Shown: positions 1 through 9,360, counted from the first letter of the stretch. The stretch is 64,000 nucleotides of DNA from Chloroflexota bacterium (GCA_965221905.1 OZ244922.1:1408001-1472000), one strand, 5' to 3'. The notes: generated from the letters alone by a model not told the origin. Numbers and translations are program-made.

Positions 1-121
1 AACACTCGTACTCGCCCTGCATATCGACCCAGTTACGCAGCGCACCCGCGTAGTGACCGAGATGCGCCGCCCCAGTGGTGCGCATGCCGGTGAGAATGCG
101 TTTGAGAGGTGGTCGTGCCAC
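1..121 (-). CDS. trpS: Tryptophanyl-tRNA synthetase, N-terminal part (runs off window)
   Basis: Not in ORF track; manual translation from GTG at 121 (SD GGAGGA upstream): MARPPLKRILTGMRTTGAAHLGHYAGALRNWVDMQGEYEC, with HIGH-like HLGH motif typical of TrpRS. Confidence 0.9.
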   Translation of the reverse strand, partial: MARPPLKRILTGMRTTGAAHLGHYAGALRNWVDMQGEYEC

Positions 122-257
122 AGTAGTCTATCCTCCTTGATTAGAATGGTTTGGTAGTTTGGTCAGGGGTCATTCTTCTTTGGTTTGTAGGATCGAAATT
201 CAAGTTGAGACCCGTAGGCATACATTCGCACTGCAAGTCAGCAACAATCTAGACGCT

Positions 258-467
258 CTAGTCTCCCCACCATTCAAGTGACTTGCGCTGGAGATCAAGC
301 GACGTATAGTGGTCTCGATACTCTCGCAGCGCTCCCGCCCAGGTTAAGCGTAGCTTGCCCTTGCGGCGTGGCTGCGCTTTCGTTTCCAGTAGAAAGCGTG
401 CGAAGTCGTAGACTTCTTGCTGCAATTCCGGAGGCAATTCCTGTATTAACTCCTCTAGTCGTTTCAT
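258..467 (-). CDS. DUF2281-family small protein (putative antitoxin)
   Basis: LPPELQQEVYDFARFL...WAGAL...EWWGD pattern; ATGA overlap with trpF stop. Confidence 0.75.
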   Translation of the reverse strand: MKRLEELIQELPPELQQEVYDFARFLLETKAQPRRKGKLRLTWAGALREYRDHYTSLDLQRKSLEWWGD

Positions 468-1150
468 AGAATTTCCTCGCGTGAAGGTGGACTGACTTTG
501 GCTCGGCGGATGAACGCCGCAATCTTGTCCGGGTCTTTTGTCCCGCCGGTTTCCACGCCGCTGCTCACGTCCACTCCCCAGGGCCTTGCTTGTTTGATGG
601 CGGCGCTAACGTTGTCCGGTGAAAGGCCGCCCGCGATTAGAGCAGGGCGGTCGCGCGGCGCGCCGCTTGCAAGCTCCCAGTCCCAGGTCTGACCTGTGCC
701 GCCCGGCCCGTTGTCGGCCCCTTCCAGCACAAATGCTGCGGCCGCAATATACGGAGGCAAGCGGTCATAGTCCGCCGCCGAATGCAAATTAATGACCTTC
801 CAGTATGGAATACTCAGTTCTAAGCAATAGTCAGGCGACTCGCTGCCGCACAATTGCGCGTACTGCAGTCCGCCCTCCCTAACCACGTGGCGCACCGTTG
901 CCAGATCCTCATCGAGGAAAAGCCCCACGGTGGGCGGACATGCGGAGCCGAGCGCGCGAATGATGTCCCGGGTGGTGTCCACGGTCATAAACCGGCGTCT
1001 GCCCTTCACAAAGATGAATCCCAAGTAATCCGCGCCAAGCGTCGCGGCTGCTTCCGCATCGGCCAAGGCCATAATGCCGCAGATCTTTACTCTGGGTGCG
1101 TCAGCGCCGCTCGCTGGAGTCTGGTTTGCGGTTGCTTGAGGCGTCGTCAT
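464..1150 (-). CDS. trpF: Phosphoribosylanthranilate isomerase
   Basis: VKICGI, GGTGQTWDW, AGGLSPDNV, GVDVSSGVE motifs; operon context. Confidence 0.95.
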   Translation of the reverse strand: MTTPQATANQTPASGADAPRVKICGIMALADAEAAATLGADYLGFIFVKGRRRFMTVDTTRDIIRALGSACPPTVGLFLDEDLATVRHVVREGGLQYAQLCGSESPDYCLELSIPYWKVINLHSAADYDRLPPYIAAAAFVLEGADNGPGGTGQTWDWELASGAPRDRPALIAGGLSPDNVSAAIKQARPWGVDVSSGVETGGTKDPDKIAAFIRRAKVSPPSREEIL

Positions 1151-2001
1151 GTGGAGCTCCCGGACTGGACTCCGGCCCCGTTTCGAGAACGGGGCAGGCT
1201 TTTCGCCGGAGTGACGGGTGAGTCTTGTGCGGCAGCGACTAGCGCTGCTACTTTGGCCGCCGTATCGTGAGCGGTGACCAACGCTTCGCCGATTAGCATC
1301 GCGTCAACTTCCTCGACGCGAAGCTGCGCAACGTCTGCGGGCGTATGAATGCCGCTTTCACTTACTACTAAGCGGTCACTGGGAATGAGCTTGCGGAGTG
1401 ACGCCGTGGTCTCCAACGTCGTCTCGAAGGTGTGCAGGTTGCGGTTGTTGACGCCGATGATGGCCGCATCAACCGCTAGGGCCTGTTCAACTTCCTCCGC
1501 CGTATGTACCTCTACGATAGTTGCCATGCCCCACTCTTCAGCGCAGCGCAGCAACGCCTGCATGCGCGCGGGCTGAAGCGCGGCCACGATGAGAAGGATC
1601 GCGTCAGCGCCCGCTGCACGGGCTTCAACCACATGGTATTCGTCGGTCGTAAAGTCCTTGCGCAATGCGGGCAGAGACGTGGCGGCGCGGGCAGCGGCGA
1701 GGTCGGCCAGCGACCCTTGGAAGAACCGTGCGTCAGTGAGCACCGAGAGAGCGCTGGCTCCGCCGGCTTCATAGGTTTGGGCAAGAGCCGCCGGGTCGAG
1801 GTCGGGCGCAAACACGCCTTTCGAGGGCGAGGCACGTTTGAATTCGGCGATTAGGCGAATGCCCTCTTGCCGCAGCGCCGCCGCAAAGTCACGCGGCGGG
1901 TCCGCCGATTCAGCCTTTCGCGCTAGGTCACGCAGCGGTACCGCCGCTTGGCGTTCCGCCAACTCACGCTCTTTGTGTTCCAGGATGGTATCGAGAATCA
2001 T
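1147..2001 (-). CDS. trpC: Indole-3-glycerol phosphate synthase
   Basis: IAEFKRASPSKG, LRKDF, GVNNRNL, VSESGI; start reassigned to ATG 2001 (MILDTILEHK) just after trpD stop. Confidence 0.95.
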   Translation of the reverse strand: MILDTILEHKERELAERQAAVPLRDLARKAESADPPRDFAAALRQEGIRLIAEFKRASPSKGVFAPDLDPAALAQTYEAGGASALSVLTDARFFQGSLADLAAARAATSLPALRKDFTTDEYHVVEARAAGADAILLIVAALQPARMQALLRCAEEWGMATIVEVHTAEEVEQALAVDAAIIGVNNRNLHTFETTLETTASLRKLIPSDRLVVSESGIHTPADVAQLRVEEVDAMLIGEALVTAHDTAAKVAALVAAAQDSPVTPAKSLPRSRNGAGVQSGSST

Positions 2002-2011
2002 TTCTATGCCC

Positions 2012-3028
2012 TCAAGCGAGACTCTGGCTAAGGCTGGCGAGCGATTCCAGCTTGGCGGCGGCCTGCCCGCTATCGATAGCGGCGGCAGCCTGCTGCGCCC
2101 CATCTTTCCAGTCACCGGCTCTTCCACTCACGACAAGGCCCGCAGCGGCATTCATGACCACCACGTCGCGGCGTGGACCTGCTTTACCGCCTAAAACGTC
2201 GCGCACGTATTGTGCATTTTCTTCCACCGAGCCTCCTGAGATTTCACTCACGGGCGATTTGGCGAGGCCGAAGTCGTCCGGTTCCAGGCGGTAGCTGCTT
2301 ACGTCGTTGCCATCCCACTCGGTCACCAATGTGGGGCCGCTATTAGAGATTTCGTCCACGCCGTCGGCCTCACCGTGCACGACGAGTGCGCGGCGCACGC
2401 CGAGCGCGCCAAGCGCTCGGGCGATGTCTTCGGAAATTCCTGGATCGGCGACGCCAAACAGTCGATAGCTTGCGCGGGCGGGGTTGGTGAGCGGGCCGAG
2501 AATGTTGAAGATCGTGCGGATGCCGATTTCGCGGCGCAGCGGCGCGGCGAATTTCATCGCCGGATGGTATGACTGTGCGAACATGAACCCCATGCCGACT
2601 TCCTCGATACACTGCGCCACCGCCTCGGGGCCAAGCTCGATCTGCACGCCGAGAGCCTCCAGCACGTCGGCGCTGCCGCAGGCGCTGCTCATGGCGCGGT
2701 TGCCGTGCTTTGCCACGGGCTGTCCGGCCGCCGCCAGGACGAGAGCGGTAGCGGTGGAGATATTGAAGGTACCCACGCCGTCACCGCCGGTGCCGCAGGT
2801 ATCGGCAACCGGCTGGCTGACTGCCACAGGCACCGCTCTGTCGCGCATGACGGCGAGGCAGCCGGCGATCTCGTCGGCCGTTTCGCCTTTGGCGCGAAGC
2901 GCGGTGACAAATGCGCCGAACTGTGCCGGAGTGCAGGCCGCTTCCATGATCTCGGTCATTACCGCGGCCGCTTCGTCACGCGTAAGCGACCCGCCTTCGA
3001 TCACTTTGGTCGTAGCTTCACGAATCAT
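2012..3028 (-). CDS. trpD: Anthranilate phosphoribosyltransferase
   Basis: DTCGTGGDG, NIST, KHGNR, GSADVLEALG. Confidence 0.97.
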   Translation of the reverse strand: MIREATTKVIEGGSLTRDEAAAVMTEIMEAACTPAQFGAFVTALRAKGETADEIAGCLAVMRDRAVPVAVSQPVADTCGTGGDGVGTFNISTATALVLAAAGQPVAKHGNRAMSSACGSADVLEALGVQIELGPEAVAQCIEEVGMGFMFAQSYHPAMKFAAPLRREIGIRTIFNILGPLTNPARASYRLFGVADPGISEDIARALGALGVRRALVVHGEADGVDEISNSGPTLVTEWDGNDVSSYRLEPDDFGLAKSPVSEISGGSVEENAQYVRDVLGGKAGPRRDVVVMNAAAGLVVSGRAGDWKDGAQQAAAAIDSGQAAAKLESLASLSQSLA

Positions 3029-3648
3029 TGTCCCGCTCCCTCGTGCGGAGAATCCGTGAGGGCTTCCCGCGCGCTATGCTGCTCGACGATATTGAGAAAG
3101 TTCTGGAGTAGCTTCTTTCCCTCAACAGTAAGGATGGACTCGGGGTGAAACTGGACTCCATAGATTGGGTATTCCCGGTGGCGCACGCTCATAATCGTCC
3201 CATCATCTGCCCGTGCCGTCACGTCGAGGGAAGATGGGAAGCGCGCGGGATCGACGATCAGTGAATGGTACCGTGTCGCGACGAATGGATTCTCTAGGCC
3301 AGCAAACACATCTCTGTCGTTGTGGTGGATCATCGAGGTCTTCCCGTGCATCAGTGTATCCGCTCGTATGACGTTGCCGCCGAATACTTGACCAACGCAC
3401 TGGTGGCCGAGGCAGACCCCAAGAATCGGAATCTTGCCGGCCGCCTGCGCAATGAGCTCGTTTGAAATACCGGCTTCGTTGGGCGTGCACGGACCTGGAG
3501 AGATCACGATGCCAGCGGGCTTACTTGCCAACACCGCTTCGGTTGTGGTCTTGTCGTTGCGCGCCACTTCCATCTCGGCGCCGAGTTCGCCCATGTATTG
3601 CACCAAATTGTACGTAAACGAGTCGTAGTTATCGAGCATGAAAATCAC
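3025..3648 (-). CDS. trpG: Anthranilate synthase component II (glutamine amidotransferase)
   Basis: DNYDSFTYN, SPGPC, GVCLGHQ, QFHPES; start reassigned to GTG 3648 after GGAG. Confidence 0.93.
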   Translation of the reverse strand: MIFMLDNYDSFTYNLVQYMGELGAEMEVARNDKTTTEAVLASKPAGIVISPGPCTPNEAGISNELIAQAAGKIPILGVCLGHQCVGQVFGGNVIRADTLMHGKTSMIHHNDRDVFAGLENPFVATRYHSLIVDPARFPSSLDVTARADDGTIMSVRHREYPIYGVQFHPESILTVEGKKLLQNFLNIVEQHSAREALTDSPHEGAGQ

Positions 3649-5149
3649 GTTCCATCTCCTCCGCAACGTCAATTGCCCGCATGGTTGAGGCAGCTTTGTT
3701 GCACACCTCTTGGTACTCCTCTTCGGGATCGGAATCCGCCACAATACCGCCGCCGGCCTGGATGTAGGCGGTGCCATCTTGCACAGTCATCGTGCGAATC
3801 GTAATTGCCATATCCATGTTGCCGGAATAGTCGAAATAGCCGACCGCTCCCCCGTAGGGGCCACGAGTCGTGCCTTCGAGCTCGGAGATGATCTCCATGG
3901 CGCGCACTTTAGGGGCGCCGGAGAGCGTTCCCGCCGGAAAACACGAGCGCAGCGCGTCGAATGCGGTCTTATCCGGCAAGAGCTCTCCTTCCACTTGAGA
4001 AACAATGTGCATCACGTGGGAGAACTCCTCGACCACCATGAGCGTTGGGACATGCACCGAGCCGGGGCGGCATACGCGTCCAAGGTCGTTGCGACCGAGG
4101 TCCACGAGCATGATGTGTTCAGCGCGTTCTTTTTCGCTGGCAAGCAGCTCCTCGGCCAGCGCCGCGTCTTCCTGCGGTGTGCTGCCGCGACGGCGGGTAC
4201 CGGCAATGGGGCGGGTGGTGGCGTGAGACCCTTCCACGCGAACCAGCATCTCAGGTGAGGCGCCGACAATTTGCACGTCGTCCAAATCTAGGTAGTACAT
4301 GTACGGTGATGGGTTGACCATGCGCAGCGCGCGGTAGACTGAGTAAGGATGCACCCCCAAGGAGCGGGACCAGCGTAAACCGAGGACGGACTGAATAATG
4401 TCTCCCGCTGCGATGTATTCCTTAGCGGAGCGTACCATTGCATGATGCTGTGCTTCGGTCTTGCTTGGCATGGCCGCGCCGGCGTCGCCCGAACCGCGCA
4501 CTGTCGGCACAGCGCATTGCAGCCGCGCGTTGATCTCCTCGATCGCCGCAACTGCCTTTTGGTAGTTCTCGTCAGCATCTCCGTGGGGAGAGACGTAAGA
4601 GATGATGGTAAGGCTGTGCTTCACGTGGTCGAACATAATCAAGCTATCCGTGAACATGAAAACCGCTTCAGGTACGGGCAGTGCATTCTCCGCGGGTAGC
4701 GGCACGCGGGGCTCAAAGTAGCGCACGGACTCGTAACTGAGATAGCCGACGGCACCGCCTTGAAAGCGCGGCAGACCGGGCATTACGGCGAGATCGGTCT
4801 TGGAGAGTTCTTCTTCCAGGAGTTTCAATGGGTCAGTGTACGTGCAATCCTCGCGCTCTCCATGCTGCGTGCGGGTTGCCGTACCGTTATCCATGCGAAT
4901 GATCGTGGACGGATTCGTACCGATGAAAGAGTACCGCCCCAGGCTCTCGCTGCCTTGTACGCTTTCGAGCAGAAATGAGTAGCTGCCCTGCGCGATCTTC
5001 AGATAGGCAGAGACGGGCGTTTCCAGGTCTGCGGGAATGGTGTGCGAAATGGGAACGGTAAGTCCCTGGGAGGTGAGAGAACGCACCGTAGCCCGGTCCG
5101 GTTGAATGCCGGAAAATACTGTGCCCGGCGCGGATTGTATGACTGCCAT
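3629..5149 (-). CDS. trpE: Anthranilate synthase component I
   Basis: DLETPVS, LLESV, NPSPYM, PIAGTR, EHIMLVDLGRND, GAPKVRAM. Confidence 0.97.
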   Translation of the reverse strand: MAVIQSAPGTVFSGIQPDRATVRSLTSQGLTVPISHTIPADLETPVSAYLKIAQGSYSFLLESVQGSESLGRYSFIGTNPSTIIRMDNGTATRTQHGEREDCTYTDPLKLLEEELSKTDLAVMPGLPRFQGGAVGYLSYESVRYFEPRVPLPAENALPVPEAVFMFTDSLIMFDHVKHSLTIISYVSPHGDADENYQKAVAAIEEINARLQCAVPTVRGSGDAGAAMPSKTEAQHHAMVRSAKEYIAAGDIIQSVLGLRWSRSLGVHPYSVYRALRMVNPSPYMYYLDLDDVQIVGASPEMLVRVEGSHATTRPIAGTRRRGSTPQEDAALAEELLASEKERAEHIMLVDLGRNDLGRVCRPGSVHVPTLMVVEEFSHVMHIVSQVEGELLPDKTAFDALRSCFPAGTLSGAPKVRAMEIISELEGTTRGPYGGAVGYFDYSGNMDMAITIRTMTVQDGTAYIQAGGGIVADSDPEEEYQEVCNKAASTMRAIDVAEEMERDFHAR

Positions 5150-5166
5150 GGTAATCCCTTAGTCGT

Positions 5167-5313
5167 TTAATCGTTAGAAGTAGGTCTAGGTCTTGTTTGA
5201 GGTAGCGTGTACGGTAGGACCGGCCAAGACCACCGCCAGCGGTTGGATAGAAGGCCAAGCACGCGAGAGTGCGCACTGCGGCGGTTTGTGATCGCCTTTA
5301 CTATGTTCCCCAT
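5167..5313 (-). CDS. Putative Trp-rich leader peptide (48 aa)
   Basis: Manual translation ATG 5313 to TAA 5167: MGNIVKAITNRRSAHSRVLGLLSNRWRWSWPVLPYTLPQTRPRPTSND; G-rich SD-like run upstream; lies between T-box terminator and trpE. Confidence 0.6.
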   Translation of the reverse strand: MGNIVKAITNRRSAHSRVLGLLSNRWRWSWPVLPYTLPQTRPRPTSND

Positions 5314-5336
5314 CCGTCAGCCCCCCAAATTAAAGT

Positions 5337-5362
5337 AAAAACTCGTCCCCAAAAGGGACGAG
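5337..5362 (-). terminator. Intrinsic terminator of T-box leader
   Basis: CTCGTCCC-TTTTG-GGGACGAG stem-loop followed by TTTTT on minus strand; overlaps antiterminator 3' arm. Confidence 0.9.
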
Positions 5363-5650
5363 ATGGATCTCGCGGTGCCACCCTTCTTGGCTGCAGACGC
5401 AGCCCACTTCATTCATTCAAGCACTCCCCGCTCGCGCAGTTGTATACTTGCCCCAAAGTATACGGTAGGGGCTCCGTTGACGCCTACTCGGCTGCCAATA
5501 CAACCGACATCACACTTGTCCGTTATACGGCGACCTTTCAGGTCACAGCTCCCAGGCCCATTCCGCTGACTGCGCACCACCGGGCTCCCACCGTTACCCG
5601 GCTCTCTGGAGGCCGCCTTGGCAGCGTACTCTTCCTGATCTTAGCCTTTA
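5337..5650 (-). ncRNA. T-box riboswitch, Trp specifier
   Basis: Minus strand: AGTA, AGAGA and GGTGGGA stem I motifs, specifier GAA-TGG-G (TGG at 5558-5560), T-box AAGGGTGGCACCGCG (5371-5385); UGGC matches the tRNA-Trp G discriminator. Confidence 0.95.
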
Positions 5651-5671
5651 GCATCTTCAATTGTGCATTGT

Positions 5672-5700
5672 ATTCTACGAAAGCCGCACAATGCTGTCAA
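5672..5700 (-). promoter_or_regulatory. Sigma-70-type promoter of trp leader
   Basis: TTGACA (5700-5695), 17 nt spacer, TAGAAT (5677-5672). Confidence 0.85.
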
Positions 5701-6704
5701 GGGCTCGAGAGCACAACCGTGGGGGTGGGCTCTATGATGATGGGCGGTGATGGTTGCACTGTCGGTTGTATCGGAATTGGTGTTGTAGCTGGCGGCGGGT
5801 ACAGAAGCTCCGAGACCTTCACTATGCGATAGCCCTGCTTGTCGAGTTCGGTCAATATGTCAGGCAACGCCTCCAGTGTCTGCGGGCTGCCCAGGTGAGC
5901 GAGAATGATGGCACCGTTATCTAGGCGGTCGTGGATACGCTGCATGATGAGAGCCGGTGTAGCGTCTTCACGCCAATCGATTGTGTCTATCGACCAGTAG
6001 ATACTGCGGTAGCCTTCGCGTGCTACGACGTCGGCGACGTGGGAGTTGCGCGCGCCGTATGGGAAGCGAAACCAGGGCTTGGTGCTAATTCCCGCCACAC
6101 GGTTGACGATCTCTTCCGTGCGGGAAAGCTCCGTGCGGATGGCATCATCTTCTAGCTCGGTAAAGTCGGGGTGTGCGTAGGAGTGGTTTCCGATTTCGTG
6201 CCCGTCGGCGATCATCTCACGGACAAGCTCCGGGTAGCGCTCGGCGAATTGCCCGGTAATGAAGATCGTTAATTGCACCTCGTGCTGGCGTAGTAACTCC
6301 AACATCGCAGGGGTAAAGGCTGCAACTGAGCCGCCGTCAAGCGTGAGCGCTACAGCGGGTTGACCTGAGTCCCCGCGCACTACCTCGTGGATGAGGACCT
6401 CGTAAGGGAGATTCGTCAAGTCGGGCGTGGCATAAGGGACTGCTGTGGCGACGACGGCTACTGGCCCAGTATGGGGCGTAGGTATGGGCGTGGCTACGAG
6501 GGAACTCGACACAGGGGGTGTGGGCGGTATGCTACGCCCCAACGTCATCTGGTTAGTACCAGCTTGCGTGCAAGCTGCGCAGAGCGTGATGAACAAGGCT
6601 ATCCAGCGTAGTCGGGTTAAGGCCGCAGACCACGCCCCAACTTGCTTGAGCAGCTGGCTGCGAAGAACGAAAGGGTCAAACCTTACACGCTCACGTATTA
6701 ACAT
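5697..6704 (-). CDS. Polysaccharide deacetylase (CE4/NodB, PdaA-like), probable lipoprotein
   Basis: LTLDGG, HEIGNHSYAHP, FRFPYG, WSIDTIDW, ILAH; LCAAC lipobox-like; start uncertain. Confidence 0.85.
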   Translation of the reverse strand: MLIRERVRFDPFVLRSQLLKQVGAWSAALTRLRWIALFITLCAACTQAGTNQMTLGRSIPPTPPVSSSLVATPIPTPHTGPVAVVATAVPYATPDLTNLPYEVLIHEVVRGDSGQPAVALTLDGGSVAAFTPAMLELLRQHEVQLTIFITGQFAERYPELVREMIADGHEIGNHSYAHPDFTELEDDAIRTELSRTEEIVNRVAGISTKPWFRFPYGARNSHVADVVAREGYRSIYWSIDTIDWREDATPALIMQRIHDRLDNGAIILAHLGSPQTLEALPDILTELDKQGYRIVKVSELLYPPPATTPIPIQPTVQPSPPIIIEPTPTVVLSSP

Positions 6705-6946
6705 AATAATTAACCGCAATCTACGTGTAGTGCCGGACGGCTCGTCAGAGCGTAGGCAAATCCTACAACCGTATTGTAGACAGAGAGAGTTGATCAAGCA
6801 TCTATTCTAGTGTAATGCTAGACTCATTCTAAGCTCAAGAGGAGATTTCTAGATCGATTTTTACTGCAAGTGATGGCGGTCTAGTAATAGGGATTCTTGT
6901 ATCTCCAGGATGGAAAAGGGCGTTTGACCTCGCAAAGGAGATTGGC

Positions 6947-7588
6947 ATGAGCCGATCGGCGCTGATGAATGAGCTGCTTGAAGCTAAGATAACCGCGGTT
7001 GTGCGTACCAAGACTGCGGAACAGGCAGTGCAGACCGCACATGCGCTGTATGCTGCCGGTATTCGGCTAGTTGAAATAACCTTTACGGTGCCGGACGCTG
7101 CAACGGTCATCGGCATGGTGACAGCGGAGAAGCCTGCCAATTGCCTGGTAGGGGCGGGTACCGTGACTACCGCGGAGCAGGCGCGAGCGGCGCTGGCGTC
7201 CGGCGCGCAATTCATTGTCGGACCGGTCCATCGTCCCGCGCTCGTGGCGCTCGCGCACGAGGCGGACGTGCCCTGCATCATGGCCGGTCTCACGCCGACG
7301 GAAATCTTGGACGTCTATGAATCCGGATCGGACATGGTGAAGGTTTTTCCCATCGATAGTGTCGGCGGGACGGGCTACGTCAAGTCAGTGCTGGGACCGC
7401 TCCCCGGCATTCCTATTGTGGCGTCCGGCGGAATTGGCTACGACAACTACCGCGCATACTTGGCGGCAGGAGCGGTTGGTGTAGCCCTTGGTTCCGGCCT
7501 CATGCCTACAGTGCTGATCGCAGCCGGCGACTATTCCGGCCTCACCGACTTCTCACGGCGGTTTGTGGAAAAATTGGCGTTAGCATGA
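6947..7588 (+). CDS. eda: KDPG/KHG aldolase
   Basis: AVVR, VEIT, VGAGTV, TPTEI, KVFP (Schiff-base Lys), GGI. Confidence 0.88.
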   Translation: MSRSALMNELLEAKITAVVRTKTAEQAVQTAHALYAAGIRLVEITFTVPDAATVIGMVTAEKPANCLVGAGTVTTAEQARAALASGAQFIVGPVHRPALVALAHEADVPCIMAGLTPTEILDVYESGSDMVKVFPIDSVGGTGYVKSVLGPLPGIPIVASGGIGYDNYRAYLAAGAVGVALGSGLMPTVLIAAGDYSGLTDFSRRFVEKLALA

Positions 7589-7671
7589 GGGTGCGCGAGG
7601 AGATTCGAAGGGCGGCCCGCGTACGGTTCTCCTCACTTGTATGAGACGGTGGGGCTGCAGAAGGGTCGGAT

Positions 7672-8607
7672 ATGCCTGACATACTATCCCTTGGCGAGAG
7701 TATGGTGGAGTTCTTTGCCGAGGAGCCGCTCTCGCAGGCGGAGCAGTTGCAGAAAGCCTTTGCCGGTGACGCGCTTAACTTGCTGGCGGCGGCGTCTCGT
7801 CTGGGAAGCTCGACCGGCTTTCTCTCGCGCATCGGCAACGATCCATTTCAGGAGTTCCTGCTGAATGGTTGGGAGAGTCTGGGAATCGATACGTCACGCG
7901 TGAAGCGGGTGGAGGGGCGGAATGGCATCTACTTCATCTCCATTTTCGGCCACGGTGAACGAGAGTTTACCTACTACCGGGCCGGCAGCGCGCCGAGCAC
8001 CATGACACCCGCCGACCTAGACCCCCACTACATCGCCCAGGCAAAGATTCTGCATATCAGCGGTATCACCCAGGCGATCTCCGAAACGGCCCGCGCTACG
8101 GCGCTGGCGGCAGCGCGCATGGCCGGAGATGCTGGAGTGCGCGTCTCGTTCGATCCCAATCTGCGGCCCGCGCTCTGGTCGGTGGCCGAGGCGCGCGCAG
8201 CGACCGAGGAACTCTTGCCCTACGTGGACATTGCCTTACCCAGCGGCCCGGAGGAGTCCGAGCAGTTATTCGGTGCTTCTTCCGCCCGGGAGACAGCGGA
8301 CTACCTCCATAGCAGAGGCGTGGATACGGTTGCGGTAAAGCAGGGGGAAGCCGGGGTGCTGCTTAGCACAGACGGCGTCGTACAGACCATACCGGCATTC
8401 ACCGTTCCCGATGTTGTGGACACTACCGGCGCGGGCGATGCATTCGACGGCGCGTTTCTGCACGGCCTGGTGCAGGGCATGTCCCCAGTGGAAGCAGCCA
8501 GATTAGGCGTGGTCATGGCCGGCCTGAAGGTGCGCGGTAGAGGCGCGATAGCCAGCTTGCCGCAGAAGAGCGAAGTCGAGGCCGCGCTCGCCGCCTGGGA
8601 AAAGTGA
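7672..8607 (+). CDS. kdgK: PfkB-family sugar kinase (2-keto-3-deoxygluconate kinase-like)
   Basis: GESMVEF, AGDALN, HISGIT, FDPNLRPALW, DTTGAGDAF; adjacent to eda. Confidence 0.8.
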   Translation: MPDILSLGESMVEFFAEEPLSQAEQLQKAFAGDALNLLAAASRLGSSTGFLSRIGNDPFQEFLLNGWESLGIDTSRVKRVEGRNGIYFISIFGHGEREFTYYRAGSAPSTMTPADLDPHYIAQAKILHISGITQAISETARATALAAARMAGDAGVRVSFDPNLRPALWSVAEARAATEELLPYVDIALPSGPEESEQLFGASSARETADYLHSRGVDTVAVKQGEAGVLLSTDGVVQTIPAFTVPDVVDTTGAGDAFDGAFLHGLVQGMSPVEAARLGVVMAGLKVRGRGAIASLPQKSEVEAALAAWEK

Positions 8608-8631
8608 GTGCAGGAATATTAGGCGCAATGC

Positions 8632-9309
8632 CTAAAGCATCGGCAGATCGGCCAAGGAGAGAGTCTGCCACCAGTGACCGGCGTCGAGTACCTGCAACAT
8701 GAAGTGGGGCGTGCCGAGCGGTGTGACGATGCAGGACGGATCGAGCGCGGGGTAGTCTGGGTTGGCAAAGAGCTCCGCTCCCGCCTCCAGCAGATTGTCT
8801 AAGGTCAGTGCTTGCTGAGCCGCTGCTATGAGCAAGGGTTGGCCCAGAGCGAGAAGAGCGGCGACGTCTTCTCCAGGCTGGGGCCTTCCCTGCAGGTGGG
8901 CGAAGTATTCCACGCCGTACACGGTTTGCAGGTCGCCAAAGGGGTTGTCCGGCGGACGAAACGCGGCGGCATAGAGCAGGGCCGGCGCCGGTACGTCTTC
9001 TACATCTACTGCATAGATGTCGCTATTGATGTTGAGATAGTAGGTCTCGCGGCTTGAGAAGAGCTTCACGCTACAGCCGGTGTCGGCTTCACCGTGGCGT
9101 CGGGCGGCGTCCTGCCAGGATTCGCCTGCCGCGCACATGCCTCCAATGCCCCAGAGCGGGAGCGATTGCGCGCCATTCTCCAGCTCTTGTACGTACTGTG
9201 GCCCAGGCAGAGAAAAGAGCAGCTTGTTCTGGCGCAGGCCGACAATGCCGGCGAAGCCGGAAGACCCGGCAAAGCGCTGGTCTACTGCGCCAAAGTCACG
9301 GAGTCGCAT
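8632..9309 (-). CDS. Nudix-fold protein with degenerate Nudix box
   Basis: GMCAAGESWQDAARRHGEADTG aligns to GX5EX7REUXEEXG with RE>RH and EE>AD. Confidence 0.55.
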   Translation of the reverse strand: MRLRDFGAVDQRFAGSSGFAGIVGLRQNKLLFSLPGPQYVQELENGAQSLPLWGIGGMCAAGESWQDAARRHGEADTGCSVKLFSSRETYYLNINSDIYAVDVEDVPAPALLYAAAFRPPDNPFGDLQTVYGVEYFAHLQGRPQPGEDVAALLALGQPLLIAAAQQALTLDNLLEAGAELFANPDYPALDPSCIVTPLGTPHFMLQVLDAGHWWQTLSLADLPML

Positions 9310-9360
9310 GGCCGTTGGCCTTTTAGGGTTGTGCCGGTCCTTACAGTCCTAGGAACCATA

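Noticed and set aside
5269-5832. 187-aa plus-strand ORF across the trp leader
   Set aside because: Antisense to the T-box and promoter; no protein-like features.
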